64,000 nucleotides of DNA, from assembly GCA_947311625.1 (NCBI GenBank), contig CAMZKW010000001.1, positions 15,776-79,775 on the forward strand. Reading direction: 5' to 3'. A model generated the notes under the pieces. It was not told where the DNA came from. It did no database searches and worked only from the letters and a program-made list of their open reading frames with translations. The DNA comes from Candidatus Campbellbacteria bacterium. Its GTDB lineage: Bacteria; Patescibacteriota; Minisyncoccia; Phycocordibacterales; GCA-2747955. Positions within the stretch are counted from its first letter, which is position 1; each line of letters opens with the position of its first letter. The translations under genes were made by a program, and so were the position numbers. Positions 31,894-43,124 of this stretch are shown piece by piece.

Positions 31894-32703
31894 ATGGATT
31901 TTGAAAAATTTAATAAAAAAACAATAGAAAAAGTAGATAATAAAAATGAAGTATCAATGTCTGAATTTATAAAAATTTATGGAGAAGATGTTATCAGGTC
32001 AGATAAAAAAAAAGTAGATTCATTAGATGATATTTTTAATAGACAAAAAAATGAAAACCCTGAATTAAATTTAAATTATGAAGAAGCTGAAAAAGCAGAA
32101 AAAATGATACCTGAAGTTATGGGAAAAATTTTAGGTATAGAAGATCTAGAATCTTATAAGACTTCAAAATATGATGATTATATTAATGGAGTAGATGGAT
32201 ATACTGTTTTAGGTGATATTGGTAAGGTTTTTGCTTATGCTTTAGATTATACAGTTACTGTGGATGATAATGAAAATACTTTGAAAAAAAAAATAGGAAA
32301 AGTAAAAAAGAATATATCTGAAGGTCATTTTACCACTATAAAATATTTTAAAACAAAAGATTTTATGGGTACAATGGAAAATATACCTAGACTAATTGCA
32401 CCTTTTAAAATTAAGGATATAAAAAAAATTGAACAATTTTATAATAATAATAATTTTAATAATATTGAATTTGATAAAATATCTTTAAAATTTATATGAT
32501 ATTTACTGAATCAACTTGAAGCATTTATGGACTATGCTGAAGAAAATGAAAAAGATGATTTATTTGAAAAATATGATTCAATATATGAATCTTTATCAAC
32601 AATAAAAAATAATAGACAAGAAAATATTGATAAAAAAGTTTTGGAAGAAGTAAATAGATATGTTAACAATAGCCCTTTAAGTAAAGTGTTATCTGATTTC
32701 TAA
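31894..32703 (+). CDS. hypothetical protein, 269 aa, one in-frame TGA
   Basis: Track ORF 31894..32499 continues in frame to the TAA at 32701. Confidence 0.4.
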
Positions 32704-32741
32704 TATAAATTTAATATTAGAAATGCTATAATTAAAAACTA

Positions 32742-34349
32742 ATGATTAAATTTTTATTTAAAAAACAATATACCATTGGTCGAGCAGCAGCACTGCTTGG
32801 TTTTTTTACTATTTTAGCCCAGATACTTTCAATTTTTAAAAATAAATTATTAGCTGTTCATTATGGTTCTTCATTTCAGCTAGATATTTTTTATACAGCT
32901 TTTAAAATACCAGATACAATTTTTCTTCTAATTGGAACAATGGCTGTTGGTTCTATTCTGATTCCAATATTTACAGATAAAGAAAATATTTCCATAGAGG
33001 AAAAAGAGAAATTTATGACAAAGTTCTTCAATTCTTTTTCAATTCTTTTAATCATTATATCTACTATTTTGTTTTTTATGGTTCCAACTTTAATTGAAAA
33101 ATTATTTCCAGTATATATAAATGGAGATAGGGAATTACTTGTATTTTTAACAAGATTATTTTTACTTTCACCGGTTTTTATGGGTATTGCTAATTTTTTT
33201 GTGACAATAAATCAAAGAAATAAAATTTTTCTTCCGATGGCTCTAACAGGTTTGTTTTATAATATTGCATTGATTTTAGGGATAATATTTTTGAGTCCTA
33301 TTTACGGAATAAAAGGTTTGGGTTATTCTGTAATTATAGGTTCTATTCTTTATTTATTGATTCAGTTACCATCAATTACAAAATATAATTTATTTAAATA
33401 TAAAATAAGTTTTTTAAATAAAAAAGAACTTAAAGAGTTATTAAAAATAACTTTACCAAGATCAATGGCTTTATCAATATCATCCATTGTTGTATTATAT
33501 TTTTATATAAAAATATCTGAAATTGGTAAAGAAGGATTGATTGTTATTTTTACTTTCGCATATTCTATTTTCTGATTACCAATATCATTGATAAACTCTT
33601 CATATTCTCCTGCGATGTTACCGGTTATATCAAAATTTTATTCCCAAGGAAAAATAGAAAGTTTTAATAATACAATCAGGGAAGTTATATCAAGAATATT
33701 TTTTCTAACAATCCCAATAACTTTTTTTGTTTTGTCTTTTTCGGAATTAATAGTGGCAGCATTTTTCAGTTCTCAAAAATTTGGTTTATTGGAAATTAAA
33801 TCATCTGCTTTGCTATTATCTTTATTTGCTTTAATGATTCCATTTCAAATACTTCTTGTAACAATTTCAAAAATATTTTATTCCATGGGAGAAACAAAGC
33901 CAGTTATGTGAGTGAATATTTTTGCTGGATTATTGATATTTTTATTAATTAATATAGCTAATTATTTAAAAATAGATATTATTGATAATGGTAATTATGT
34001 TGATGGGTTTTCAGATTTAATAAATTTAGTTATTATTTTTGTAACATCTTATATATTAACTTCAATTTTTATAATTCATAAATTAAAATTAAAAATAAAA
34101 AATATTGTTATTTTTAATTTTGAAAGATTATTGTTAAAAATTTTTATATCATTTATTTCGTTGATTATTACTAAAATTATTTTTATTAGTTTTAAAATAA
34201 AAGTATCCATCAGTTTTTTAGAAAATATAAATAATTTTATTTTGTTCGGTTCTATGTTTGTAATATTTGTTTTAATTTTTTCAGAAATTTTTAAAGAGAA
34301 AAATTATTTAGATTTTAAAAAAAAAATATTATTAAGAATAAGAAAATAA
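32742..34349 (+). CDS. murJ: lipid II flippase MurJ/MviN, 535 aa, two in-frame TGA
   Basis: IGRAAALLGFFTILAQILSIFKNKLLAVHYG...DIFYTAFKIPD. Three track ORFs share one frame. About 14 TM segments. Confidence 0.75.
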
Positions 34350-34405
34350 CTTTTTTTTATTCCTTTTTTTTGGTATAATTCTTTTACTTTTTTAAAGGAG
34401 TTTTT

Positions 34406-34478
34406 CCAACCGTAGCTCAGTTGGTAGAGCGCAGAGCTTATACCTCTGTGGTCCCAGGTTCAAGTCCTGGCGGTTGGA
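34406..34478 (+). tRNA. tRNA-Ile(UAU)
   Basis: ccaaccg ta gctcagttggtagagc g cagag ctTATac ctctg ... ccaggttcaagtcctgg cggttgg a. Confidence 0.75.
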
Positions 34479-34488
34479 CAATAAAAAT

Positions 34489-34508
34489 AGCGCGCCTTCG
34501 GCGCGCTC
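34489..34508. terminator. hairpin agcgcgcc/ttc/ggcgcgct followed by a T-run
   Basis: Same core as the copies at 28935, 40345 and 47841. Confidence 0.65.
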
Positions 34509-34538
34509 TTTTATTTTTTAATTTGATATAATAAATAA

Positions 34539-35153
34539 ATGAATAAATATTTAATTGGTGTTGATGAGGTTGGTCGCGGACCCGTTGCAGGTCCAGTGGC
34601 AGTTGGGGTTGTCGCCTATGAAATAAAAGAAGAAGACTTTTTAAAAGAAAAATTATTGGGCGCAAGAGATTCTAAAAAAATGACAGAAAAAAAAAGAGAA
34701 GATGTTTTTAAAAAAATTTCTGAATTAAAAAATAATAATAAAGTTTTTGCAAAAGTTTCATTCGTCTCGGCAAAAGATATTGATAAAATTGGTATAGTTC
34801 CTTCAATTCAGAAAGCTATGAATTATGCTATGAAAAATATTTTTAAAGAAATAGAAGTAAAAAATGATTTTTCTAATATTATTTTAAAATTAGATGGTGG
34901 TTTAAAATATGATGAAAAAGTTAAGAATCAAGAAACTATTATAAAAGGTGACGACAAAGAATTTTCAATTGCATTAGCTTCAATTGTGGCAAAAGTTTTA
35001 CGTGATAAAAAAATGATAGAATTATCTAAAAAACACCCTAATTATTTTTTAGAGAAACATAAAGGTTATGGTACTAAATTACATATGGAAAGGATAGAAA
35101 AAGAAGGCCTTTCTGAAATCCATAGAAAAAGTTTTTTAAAAAAATTTCTTTAA
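34539..35153 (+). CDS. rnhB: ribonuclease HII
   Basis: IGVDEVGRGPVAGPV, DSKK, HKGYGTKLH. Confidence 0.85.
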   Translation: MNKYLIGVDEVGRGPVAGPVAVGVVAYEIKEEDFLKEKLLGARDSKKMTEKKREDVFKKISELKNNNKVFAKVSFVSAKDIDKIGIVPSIQKAMNYAMKNIFKEIEVKNDFSNIILKLDGGLKYDEKVKNQETIIKGDDKEFSIALASIVAKVLRDKKMIELSKKHPNYFLEKHKGYGTKLHMERIEKEGLSEIHRKSFLKKFL

Positions 35154-35177
35154 TTTTTTTTATGTTAATATAAATAT

Positions 35178-35861
35178 ATGAATAAAAAAATAAAAACAGC
35201 AATAATCCATCCGTTGATATTAATTATCGGTTTTTTCTTTGGTTATCAGTGAAGTAGTTTTAACTATAACGACAAATGTTTAGATTTGGGTGGTGGAAAA
35301 AATCCTGGAAATTATCCAATTTGTGTTATAGAAAAGATTGTAAATAAAAACATGAAATTAAATGGTGATATGATGCCGGTTGAACCAAATAATGGGGTTG
35401 GTGATGGTATAGAAAATTTAGGAAAACTTTTAGAAAAAAATAGAAAAATTAAATTAATGAGTGTAAAAATACCTACTTGAAAATTTGATGAAGTTAAATC
35501 TGATTTTGTAATTGAATTTTCTGAATATGAGGTGAATATGTCGAAAGCTATTCTAAGGTCAACTTTAAAAAAACTTTTTGAAGTAAAGGGTAGTGATAAT
35601 TGAAATGGTTTAAGGTTTAATTCTGTAAGTATAAATAATGGTAAAGCAATTATTAATCTAGAAGGGGAATGGAGTCCAGTTGGAGATATGAGCGGAGCTT
35701 ATATGAAACACGAATTAGAGGCGGCAGTTTTTCAATTTTCAACGGTAAATTCTTTGGAGGTTAAATTGAAAGGAAAAATATTTGATTGATGTATTGATGA
35801 TGAATCTGATGGAGAAAGCAGTTGTCCAAAAAAACAACAACTTTGAATAGAAAAAAAATAA
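35178..35861 (+). CDS. membrane-anchored protein with GerMN/Gmad2-like C-terminal domain, 227 aa, five in-frame TGA
   Basis: Hand translation. AILRSTLKKLFE...NGKAIINLEGEW...ELEAAVFQFSTVNSLEVKLKG. Confidence 0.4.
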
Positions 35862-35910
35862 TATAAAAATGATATTGATATTTTTGTATTTTTTTTGATA
35901 TAATATTATT

Positions 35911-36822
35911 ATGAATAATAGAGTGTTAAGAAAAGATAATTTTTTCCGACAGGAATTAATAAAAGTAAAAGAGAATATTATAAAAAATGGTTTGAATAAT
36001 GAGTACTTCATTTATTCAGGTTTTTTGATTAGACACATTATAGAAACAGAGGAGATAAATGATTTAAAAATTAAAGCAATTGAAAATATTATCTTTTTTG
36101 GATATAAAAATAATCCTGTATTAGAAAAAAAAGATATTGAACTAAGAAAAATTAGTAATAAGATTATACATTTAATTGATTTTTATGTTGATGAAAATAA
36201 TAAACATATTTATGTCGGTTCATTGGCAAATGATAAAGAATGCAGAGAAGGCAAAACTCATGTGACTTATAATTTTGATATACTAGAATGAATAAAAAGT
36301 ATTGATAGTATTTTGGAAAAAGGTGGTAGTATTTCTATTTCTAAGATGATTGAAATAGAAAAAAATAAATTTGGTCAAATTCAAGATGAAATTAGTGATT
36401 TGAAAAATTTTGATGATATTACTGGGAGATATGTTAAAAAATTAGATAAAGAAAGTGGAAAAAGTTTAGAAAAAGATACCAGATTATCTGTAGATATTTT
36501 AGATATTGCTGGTAGAATAAAACAGGATGACAATGACAATAAAGAATTGTTAAACAATTTTGAAGATATTGATATAAAATTATATTCTAAAAAAGTAAAA
36601 GATGGTACTCCAAAATTAGAAGAAGTTGTTGAGTCTAATATAAAAGTTAAAGATTTAATTTTAGATATGAACGGGATGAGACATTTTAAGGGGTATATAT
36701 ATTTTAATGATAAAATATATATTCACTTTACTCCAATGGATAATATTTTATATAAAAAATACAAAGAAAAATTTTATTTTGATATTCAATATTTTTTAAA
36801 ATTAATTGAAAAAAATTTATAA
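35911..36822 (+). CDS. hypothetical protein, 303 aa, one in-frame TGA
   Basis: Track ORFs 35911 and 36313 share one frame. tgatataat lies 6 nt before the ATG. Confidence 0.4.
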
Positions 36823-36873
36823 AAGATGTATTTTATTCTTTCATAATTCTTTTTTTTTTGTTAAAATAAACTT

Positions 36874-37953
36874 ATGTATAAAAAGTTTTTTATAGTTTTT
36901 GGAATTGCAGTTTTATTTGCCACAAATATTTTTGCTGTAAAACCAGCTCAAACAGAATGAGGTATTCAATACAAAATGATACCAGAGAGACCAGAGCCGG
37001 GAGATCTAGTGTTTTTAGATATATTTTCTTATTCTATAGACCTTGATTCTTCAAATATTTTATTTATTCTTAATGGGGAATTAAAAGAAGCTGGTACAGG
37101 TAAAAAAGAATTTAATTTTCAAATACCAGATAATAAAAAAGAATTAAAGGTAAAAATAATTGCCAAAGACTTTAATGGCAAAATTGAACAAAGAGAAATT
37201 GTTATCAAACCAGCTTCCGTTGATTTGATTTATGAGGTTGTGAACCCCTACAGACCAGTTTTTTATAAAGGTAAATCCACTGCATTATCTCATTCAAAAG
37301 TTAAATTTTTTGCCTTTCCTAATTTTTTTAGTTATGGTGAAAAAAGATTAGATAGTAATTCCCTAATATATACTTGAAAGGTAAATGGTAATATTATGTC
37401 TGGTAGTTCAGGTGTTGGAAAAGATACTTTTCTAATAGATAAGGTATATGGGGTTCCAAGGGAGACAAGAGTGGAAGTTATGGTAAGAAATTTAGATGGT
37501 GGTATGAAAGCTTTAAAAACTATTATTTTAGAACCTAAATTTTCAAATATTGATTTTTATTTAGATAATAAAGTTATGCCATTTAGATTTAAGTCTGTTG
37601 CTAAATCAAATCTAATTTCTGATTATTTAGATAGTGATATAGTGGCCATTCCATATTTTTTTAATGATATAGAAAGTTCCAAAATAAATTGAATTATTAA
37701 TAATAATAAAATTAATTTACTTTCATGGAGTAACCCATTGAGAATGAATATTATTAAAAATGAAAAAAATATTTTGGCAGACCTTAATATTTCATTAACT
37801 ATAGAAAATGAAGATAGGGCTCTCCAGGCAGCTAATTCTGATATTAAGTTTTATTCTTCAGAGTCTTTAATAGAAAGATATAAAAAAATAAGAGAAAAAA
37901 AAGAAAGGCAAGAAAAAATTAAAAATTCAGGTAATAACTTTTTTGGACTTTAA
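36874..37953 (+). CDS. secreted hypothetical protein with signal peptide, 359 aa, three in-frame TGA
   Basis: MYKKFFIVFGIAVLFATNIFA signal. Four track pieces share one frame. Confidence 0.45.
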
Positions 37954-37992
37954 TAAAAGTTTTTTTTTATGTTAAAATAAATTTATGAATTT

Positions 37993-38352
37993 ATGAGATA
38001 TTATAAAAAAAAAATAATTAAAAATAAAAAGTATTTTATATCTATACTTTCTTTTTTAGTTTTAATTATGTTGGGAATTTTAGGTAAATTATTTTTCTTT
38101 TTTGATAATTATTTAATTTATTTTTTAGTATTTTTTATTTTAATAATTTTATTTTATATAATTTTTTTAGTACAAAATAAGAAGTTTAAAAAATTTTATT
38201 ATGAAGCTGTTGAGGAAGATTTAATTTTATCTAAAAAGGTAAAAGAAGAAAATATCGATTATTTTTATTTAGATAAAATTATAAAAATAATTTCTATCTT
38301 AATAATAACAGGGTATCTGGTATACTACTTTAAAAAAATTATAAAATTTTAG
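37993..38352 (+). CDS. small membrane protein, 119 aa
   Basis: Two or three hydrophobic helices. Confidence 0.35.
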   Translation: MRYYKKKIIKNKKYFISILSFLVLIMLGILGKLFFFFDNYLIYFLVFFILIILFYIIFLVQNKKFKKFYYEAVEEDLILSKKVKEENIDYFYLDKIIKIISILIITGYLVYYFKKIIKF

Positions 38353-38393
38353 TTTTTTTTCTTTTTTTTAATTATGGTATAATGTATTTTAAT

Positions 38394-40313
38394 ATGAAAA
38401 ATAAAATGAAAAATTTAAAAAATAAAAAACCTAAAAATATATTTCAAAAATTAGGTGGACAATTGATTACGGTAATTTTAATTCTAGTTTTGATATTAGT
38501 ATTTTCATCAAGTTCAAAAGTTAAAAAGGAAAATGAAATTACTTTATCTCAATTAGCACAAAAAATTAATTCAGGTCAAATTAAAGAAATTAAAGTTGAA
38601 CTGGGTGATTTAAAGATTACTGATATAAATAAAAAAGAATTATTTTCTAAAAAAGAAAATGAATCATCTTTAACAGAATCGTTAAAAAATCTTGGAGTTA
38701 AATCAGAAATTTTAGATAGTGTGAATATAAAAATACAAGATCCTAGCTCTATGGGATATTATTTTGCAGCAATATTTCCATATTTGCTTCCAATATTATT
38801 TATTGCTTTAATATTGATGTTTTTAACAAAGCAAAAGGGTGGTGCAATGCAAGCCTTATCGTTTGGAGATTCTAAAGCAAAATTTATTGATCCCAATGAT
38901 AAAAAAAATAGAAAAACATTTAAAGATATTGCCGGTGCTAAAGAGGCAAAGCAAGAATTGATGGAGGTTGTAGATTTTTTGAAACATCCAAAAAAATATT
39001 TAGAAATAGGAGCTGAAATTCCAAAAGGTGTTTTAATGACTGGAGCTCCTGGAACAGGAAAAACACTTTTAGCTAGGGCTGTGGCTGGAGAGGCTGGAGT
39101 CCCATTCTTTTCAATTTCTGGTTCTGAATTTATTGAAATGTTTGTGGGTGTTGGGGCTTCTAGGGTTAGAGATTTATTTAAAAATGCAAAAAAAATGTCA
39201 CCGGCAATAATATTTATTGATGAAATTGATGCCATTGGTAGAACTCGTGGTGGAGGAATGGGTGGTGGGAATGACGAGAGAGAACAAACTCTTAATCAAA
39301 TTCTTGTGGAAATGGATGGATTTGATGACCAAAATAAAGTTATTGTTATCGCTGCAACCAATAGACCGGAAATTTTAGATAAAGCCCTTTTGAGACCAGG
39401 AAGATTTGACAGAAGAGTAGTTATTGATTTACCAGATAAGGAAGATAGAGAAAAGATTTTAGAAATCCATGGAAAAAAGAAGCCTTTTGCAGAAGATGTT
39501 GATTTAAAATTAATTGCCGAAAGAACACCAGGTTTTTCAGGAGCTGATCTATATTCTTTGATGAATGAAGGGGCAATATTGGCTGCTTCCGAGGAGAGAA
39601 AAAAAGTTTCTCAATATGATTTAATTAGGTCTATTGAAAAAGTAATGTTGGGTCCCGAAAGGAAATCACATATTTTAGGTGATGAAGAAAAATTAAGGAC
39701 TGCTTATCATGAGGTTGGACATGCTTTAGTTTCTTCAGTTTTAGATTATGCTGACCCGGTTCATAAAGTAACAATTATATCTAGGGGAAGAGCAGCTGGA
39801 TATACGCTACATCTTCCTTTTGATGATAAAAAAATGAATACTAAAAAAGATTTTGAAGCAGATATTGCAGTTTCTCTTGGGGGGTATATTGCTGAAAAAA
39901 TTATTTTTGGTGATGTCACAACGGGTCCATCAAATGATTTGCAGGTTTCCACAAGAATTGCTAGAGATATGGTTGTAAAATACGGAATGTCTGAAAAGGT
40001 TGGTGTATTAGCTCTTGAAAGTGGAGAGTCCACCTTAGCTGGTTCAGGTGACGGATTACAAAAAAATAATTACTCTGCAAAAACTTCTGAATTAGTAGAT
40101 GAAGAAGTTAGGAGGATTATGGAGGATGGTTTTAAAACCGCAAAGAAAATTTTAACTAAACATGAAGATGCACTTCATGGAATTTCAGAAGTTTTAAAAG
40201 AAAAAGAGGTATTGGAGAGAGATGATTATGAAGCTCTTTTAAAAGATTTTAAAATAAAGGTTAGAACACATGAAGACCAAAAAAAATTATTTAAGGTTAA
40301 AAAGAAAAAATAA
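38394..40313 (+). CDS. ftsH: ATP-dependent zinc metalloprotease FtsH
   Basis: [34 protein letters not shown]. The track start at 38382 overlaps the tggtataat box, so the start was moved to 38394. Confidence 0.9.
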   Translation: MKNKMKNLKNKKPKNIFQKLGGQLITVILILVLILVFSSSSKVKKENEITLSQLAQKINSGQIKEIKVELGDLKITDINKKELFSKKENESSLTESLKNLGVKSEILDSVNIKIQDPSSMGYYFAAIFPYLLPILFIALILMFLTKQKGGAMQALSFGDSKAKFIDPNDKKNRKTFKDIAGAKEAKQELMEVVDFLKHPKKYLEIGAEIPKGVLMTGAPGTGKTLLARAVAGEAGVPFFSISGSEFIEMFVGVGASRVRDLFKNAKKMSPAIIFIDEIDAIGRTRGGGMGGGNDEREQTLNQILVEMDGFDDQNKVIVIAATNRPEILDKALLRPGRFDRRVVIDLPDKEDREKILEIHGKKKPFAEDVDLKLIAERTPGFSGADLYSLMNEGAILAASEERKKVSQYDLIRSIEKVMLGPERKSHILGDEEKLRTAYHEVGHALVSSVLDYADPVHKVTIISRGRAAGYTLHLPFDDKKMNTKKDFEADIAVSLGGYIAEKIIFGDVTTGPSNDLQVSTRIARDMVVKYGMSEKVGVLALESGESTLAGSGDGLQKNNYSAKTSELVDEEVRRIMEDGFKTAKKILTKHEDALHGISEVLKEKEVLERDDYEALLKDFKIKVRTHEDQKKLFKVKKKK

Positions 40314-40344
40314 AAAATCAAATATGTTTTTTGAAAAATAATAA

Positions 40345-40439
40345 AAAAGAGCGCGCCTTCGGCGCGCTCTTTTTAAAATAAAAAACTTATACATAGCTTT
40401 ATCAATATACTATTGACAAAAAAAAAAAACGATTATAAT
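40345..40439 (+). repeat. terminator-promoter module, copy B (paralog of 28935..29025)
   Basis: aaaagagcgcgcc/ttc/ggcgcgctctttt, ttatacata box, TTGACA at 40413..40418, TATAAT at 40434..40439. Confidence 0.7.
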
Positions 40440-40502
40440 ACAAAAAGGTAAAGGTGGAATAATTTTAAATTCTCAACAAAATTAAATATAAAAGGAAGAT
40501 TG

Positions 40503-40868
40503 ATGAAAAGAATTTTTGCTTTAGGCTTATTGAGCCTGCATATTTTTTGGATCGTAAGTTGCTTTATTCACTTTCCAGCAGATAAAGTTAGCATGGTATT
40601 TTGGCTAACTGTTCTATTTATAATTGGATTTATTGTAATCTCATTATATAAATATAATAATGAAGTTGACCCTGATTCCAAAAAAGAAATGTCCGAATTA
40701 ATATCGGAGTTTTTAAGTGGGACATTGCTTTTCCTAATTTTTGGAATCGTCACTGCAATAGCAGGGCAATTTGTTCTTGTTCTGCTAAACATCATAATTG
40801 CAATTTGTTATTTTGCCTTTTTGATGGCAGTAGTGGTAGTCATCAATAAATGTTTTGATAAACGATGA
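40503..40868 (+). CDS. orphan 121-aa four-TM protein; SD-led; its only stop in this frame is TGA
   Basis: aaaaggaagattgATG. Trp is TGG twice. If TGA is read as Trp, the frame runs on through two hairpins to about 41030. Confidence 0.45.
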   Translation: MKRIFALGLLSLHIFWIVSCFIHFPADKVSMVFWLTVLFIIGFIVISLYKYNNEVDPDSKKEMSELISEFLSGTLLFLIFGIVTAIAGQFVLVLLNIIIAICYFAFLMAVVVVINKCFDKR

Positions 40869-40982
40869 CATTCTTGGGGCCTTCAATTCAAGATAGGTCC
40901 CTCTTTTTACTTAATTAAAAAAAATCTATTAAACCAAAACTTTTTTTGAGTTTTGGTTTGTTTTTTTATTAAAAAAAAAAAG

Positions 40983-41003
40983 GGGTGGCGCGCAGCGCCA
41001 CCC
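40983..41003. repeat. GC palindrome gggtggcgc/gca/gcgccaccc
   Basis: Same arms as 42345..42365. Preceded by AT hairpin aaaccaaaact/ttttttg/agttttggttt at 40931..40959. Confidence 0.6.
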
Positions 41004-41012
41004 TAATTTTAT

Positions 41013-41120
41013 TTAATTAAAAATATAAACCAATGGCATTGCTGTAAATGCAATGGCGGTAACTATTCCAATTATTGTTCATAAGATATGAATTGTTTTT
41101 TTTGATTTTTTTCCGTACAT
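41013..41120 (-). CDS. possible 35-aa single-TM peptide, one in-frame TGA
   Basis: MYGKKSKKTIHILWTIIGIVTAIAFTAMPLVYIFN by hand translation. Confidence 0.25.
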
Positions 41121-41134
41121 GGTAGAATTATAAC

Positions 41135-41422
41135 ATGAAGAGAGAAAAAAATAAATTACTAAAAATATATTCCATTACTATACTTTTTATAATTATTCTA
41201 GTTTTATTATTTACTGGTGTGATAAAATATTTTTTTATATACAATGAAACTAAAGAAAAATATAAGTTCATAGATTTAAAAATAAAAAAAGAAGAAATAA
41301 AAAAAGAAGAAATACAAGAATCAAAGGAAAGATTAAAATCAAATTCTGAGATAGAAAGAAAAATTTTGAAAAAAAATATGTTGAAAAGACCGGGAGAAAA
41401 GATAATTGAATTAATTGATTAA
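41135..41422 (+). CDS. small membrane-anchored Lys/Glu-rich protein, 95 aa
   Basis: One TM, then a charged tail. Confidence 0.35.
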   Translation: MKREKNKLLKIYSITILFIIILVLLFTGVIKYFFIYNETKEKYKFIDLKIKKEEIKKEEIQESKERLKSNSEIERKILKKNMLKRPGEKIIELID

Positions 41423-41522
41423 TTATAATAATTTTAGTGATAGATATTTATTATATAAAATGAGCCAATATTTATTAAATAAAGATAAAATAAAAGATTT
41501 ATATATATGATATAATTGTAAA

Positions 41523-42281
41523 ATGCAAAAATTAAATATTGGTCAATATACTGAAAAATATAGAAAAATCAGAAAGGGGAATGAGAACAAAATTTTATTT
41601 GAGGGGATTCATGCTTGGAAACATGCCTATCGTTTTGAAGCAGAATTTGAAGAAATTTTGATTTCTGATATTCAACAAATTGAAGAAATGCCGGAAAATG
41701 TTTTAGGGGAGGATGAAAAAAAATATCTTTTTGAAAATGCCATTCAGGTTGATGAGGAATTTTTTGATAAATTAATTCCTTACAAAACTCGTTCAAAGGT
41801 TTTAGCAATTGCTAAAAAACCAACTTATAAAATTGAAGAAATTTCAGAAGACAAACCAATTGTATTTTTAGAAAACCCAGCTAATCCAGAAAACATCGGA
41901 ATGGTTTTAAGAATTTCAGCAGCCTTTGGTGTTGGAGCTTTAGTTTCAAGCGGAAGAAATAATCCTTTTACAGCTTCAGTTTTGAGAGCAGGTGCTGGTT
42001 TAATTTATGCTGTTCCAACCTTTCATATGGAATTTTCAGAATTAAAAGAAAAATTAAAGAATAGAAAAATTATTGTGGCAGATGCTGAGGGGAAAAGTAT
42101 TAAAAAAAATATTATTCCTAAAAACTCAATTATTATTTTTGGAACAGAAAGGGAGGGAGTAAGCCAAGAGTTAAAAGATTTGGCAGATAAAATTTTTAAA
42201 TTGGACATGCAACTGAATGTTTCTTCTTTGAATTTGGCAACCTCAGTTTCGGCTTTTTTGTATGGAGGAGAATTTATATAA
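41523..42281 (+). CDS. SpoU/TrmH-family RNA methyltransferase, 252 aa
   Basis: NPENIGMVLRISAAFGV, IIFGTEREGVS, LNLATSVSAFLY. Confidence 0.7.
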   Translation: MQKLNIGQYTEKYRKIRKGNENKILFEGIHAWKHAYRFEAEFEEILISDIQQIEEMPENVLGEDEKKYLFENAIQVDEEFFDKLIPYKTRSKVLAIAKKPTYKIEEISEDKPIVFLENPANPENIGMVLRISAAFGVGALVSSGRNNPFTASVLRAGAGLIYAVPTFHMEFSELKEKLKNRKIIVADAEGKSIKKNIIPKNSIIIFGTEREGVSQELKDLADKIFKLDMQLNVSSLNLATSVSAFLYGGEFI

Positions 42282-42344
42282 ATATTAAAAAATAAAAAAT
42301 TAAATAAAAAAATAATATAGAATATTTGCACGGTAGTTAATGAT

Positions 42345-42365
42345 GGGTGGCGCTGCGCGCCACCC
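42345..42365. repeat. GC palindrome gggtggcgc/tgc/gcgccaccc at the cassette boundary
   Basis: 9-bp arms identical to those at 40983. Confidence 0.6.
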
Positions 42366-42376
42366 ACATAAATATT

Positions 42377-42404
42377 TTGACTTTATAAAAAAATATGATA
42401 TTAT
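42377..42404 (+). promoter_or_regulatory. cassette promoter (class C): TTGACT, 16-nt spacer, tgaTATTAT
   Basis: attttgactttataaaaaaatatgatattat. Similar to attttgacttaattttataaaaatgttattat at 63785. Confidence 0.5.
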
Positions 42405-42435
42405 TATTTTAGACAAAAAATACAAAGGAGATAAT

Positions 42436-42942
42436 ATGTCTGAACAAAAAAAAACTACCCCAGTGGTTATGGTGTTTTGTTATGAGGGTTTGATATTAGA
42501 TGAGGTTGGTAAATATTTTCAACCAGAGAACACATCATGCATTGAAGGATTTGTGGAGTTAGAAATTCCTGAAAACCCTGAAATTCAATTTTTTGGGCCT
42601 CAGGCTGGTTTTGGAAAAATCCAAATTGCTGTAGTTGATGTAGTGGATATTTTTGGAAAAAATATCCAAGTAAAACCCTACGAAGAGTTTAACAACTTTG
42701 AGATTAGGGTTTTAGAGATTGCTGTTAAAAAAGGTTTAATCACCTTTGATAAGGCAAATGATATTTTATCACTGAAATATCATTGTGATGATGTTCAGTC
42801 ATCCGTTGCAGCAAAAACTGTGAGAAAACGTATCACAGGCGGTATGGTTAAAGTACAAGAAGATTCTGCTTGTTTAAAACATGAAGATGAATTTTCTCAA
42901 TGGTCAAAAACAAGCAAGGAGGTTCGAGGATTTGTTCCATAA
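42436..42942 (+). CDS. orphan 168-aa protein; SD-led and TGA-free; the frame stays open 56 codons past its TAA
   Basis: caaaggagataatATG. Extension 42943..43110 ends at TAA 43111, whose last two bases start the next gene's SD (aaaggag, 43112..43118). Confidence 0.55.
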   Translation: MSEQKKTTPVVMVFCYEGLILDEVGKYFQPENTSCIEGFVELEIPENPEIQFFGPQAGFGKIQIAVVDVVDIFGKNIQVKPYEEFNNFEIRVLEIAVKKGLITFDKANDILSLKYHCDDVQSSVAAKTVRKRITGGMVKVQEDSACLKHEDEFSQWSKTSKEVRGFVP

Positions 42943-43124
42943 GAAAACTTGTTTTCAGAAGCAACAAAGGATGAAAATGGATTTGATGGAAAATCACCAT
43001 TAAGAAGTGGTAGTTTTTCAAGACCACCAAGTAATATTGATATTGATCCTTTTGATGATATGGGTGGATGTAGCAACCCAAATCTTGTGGATCCAAAAAG
43101 TATGCATAGATAAAGGAGTATACT

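Noticed and set aside
34438-34665. 75-aa minus-strand ORF
   Set aside because: It overlaps tRNA-Ile(UAU), a terminator hairpin and the rnhB start.
38759-39235. Antisense or shadow track ORFs (38759..39235 and 39761..40033 in ftsH, 59749..60186 in tuf, 9208..9511 in dnaB, 11486..11918 and 12480..12724 in the 589-aa gene, 15200..15816, 31088..31399)
   Set aside because: They overlap well-supported genes on the opposite strand and have low-complexity or implausible sequences.
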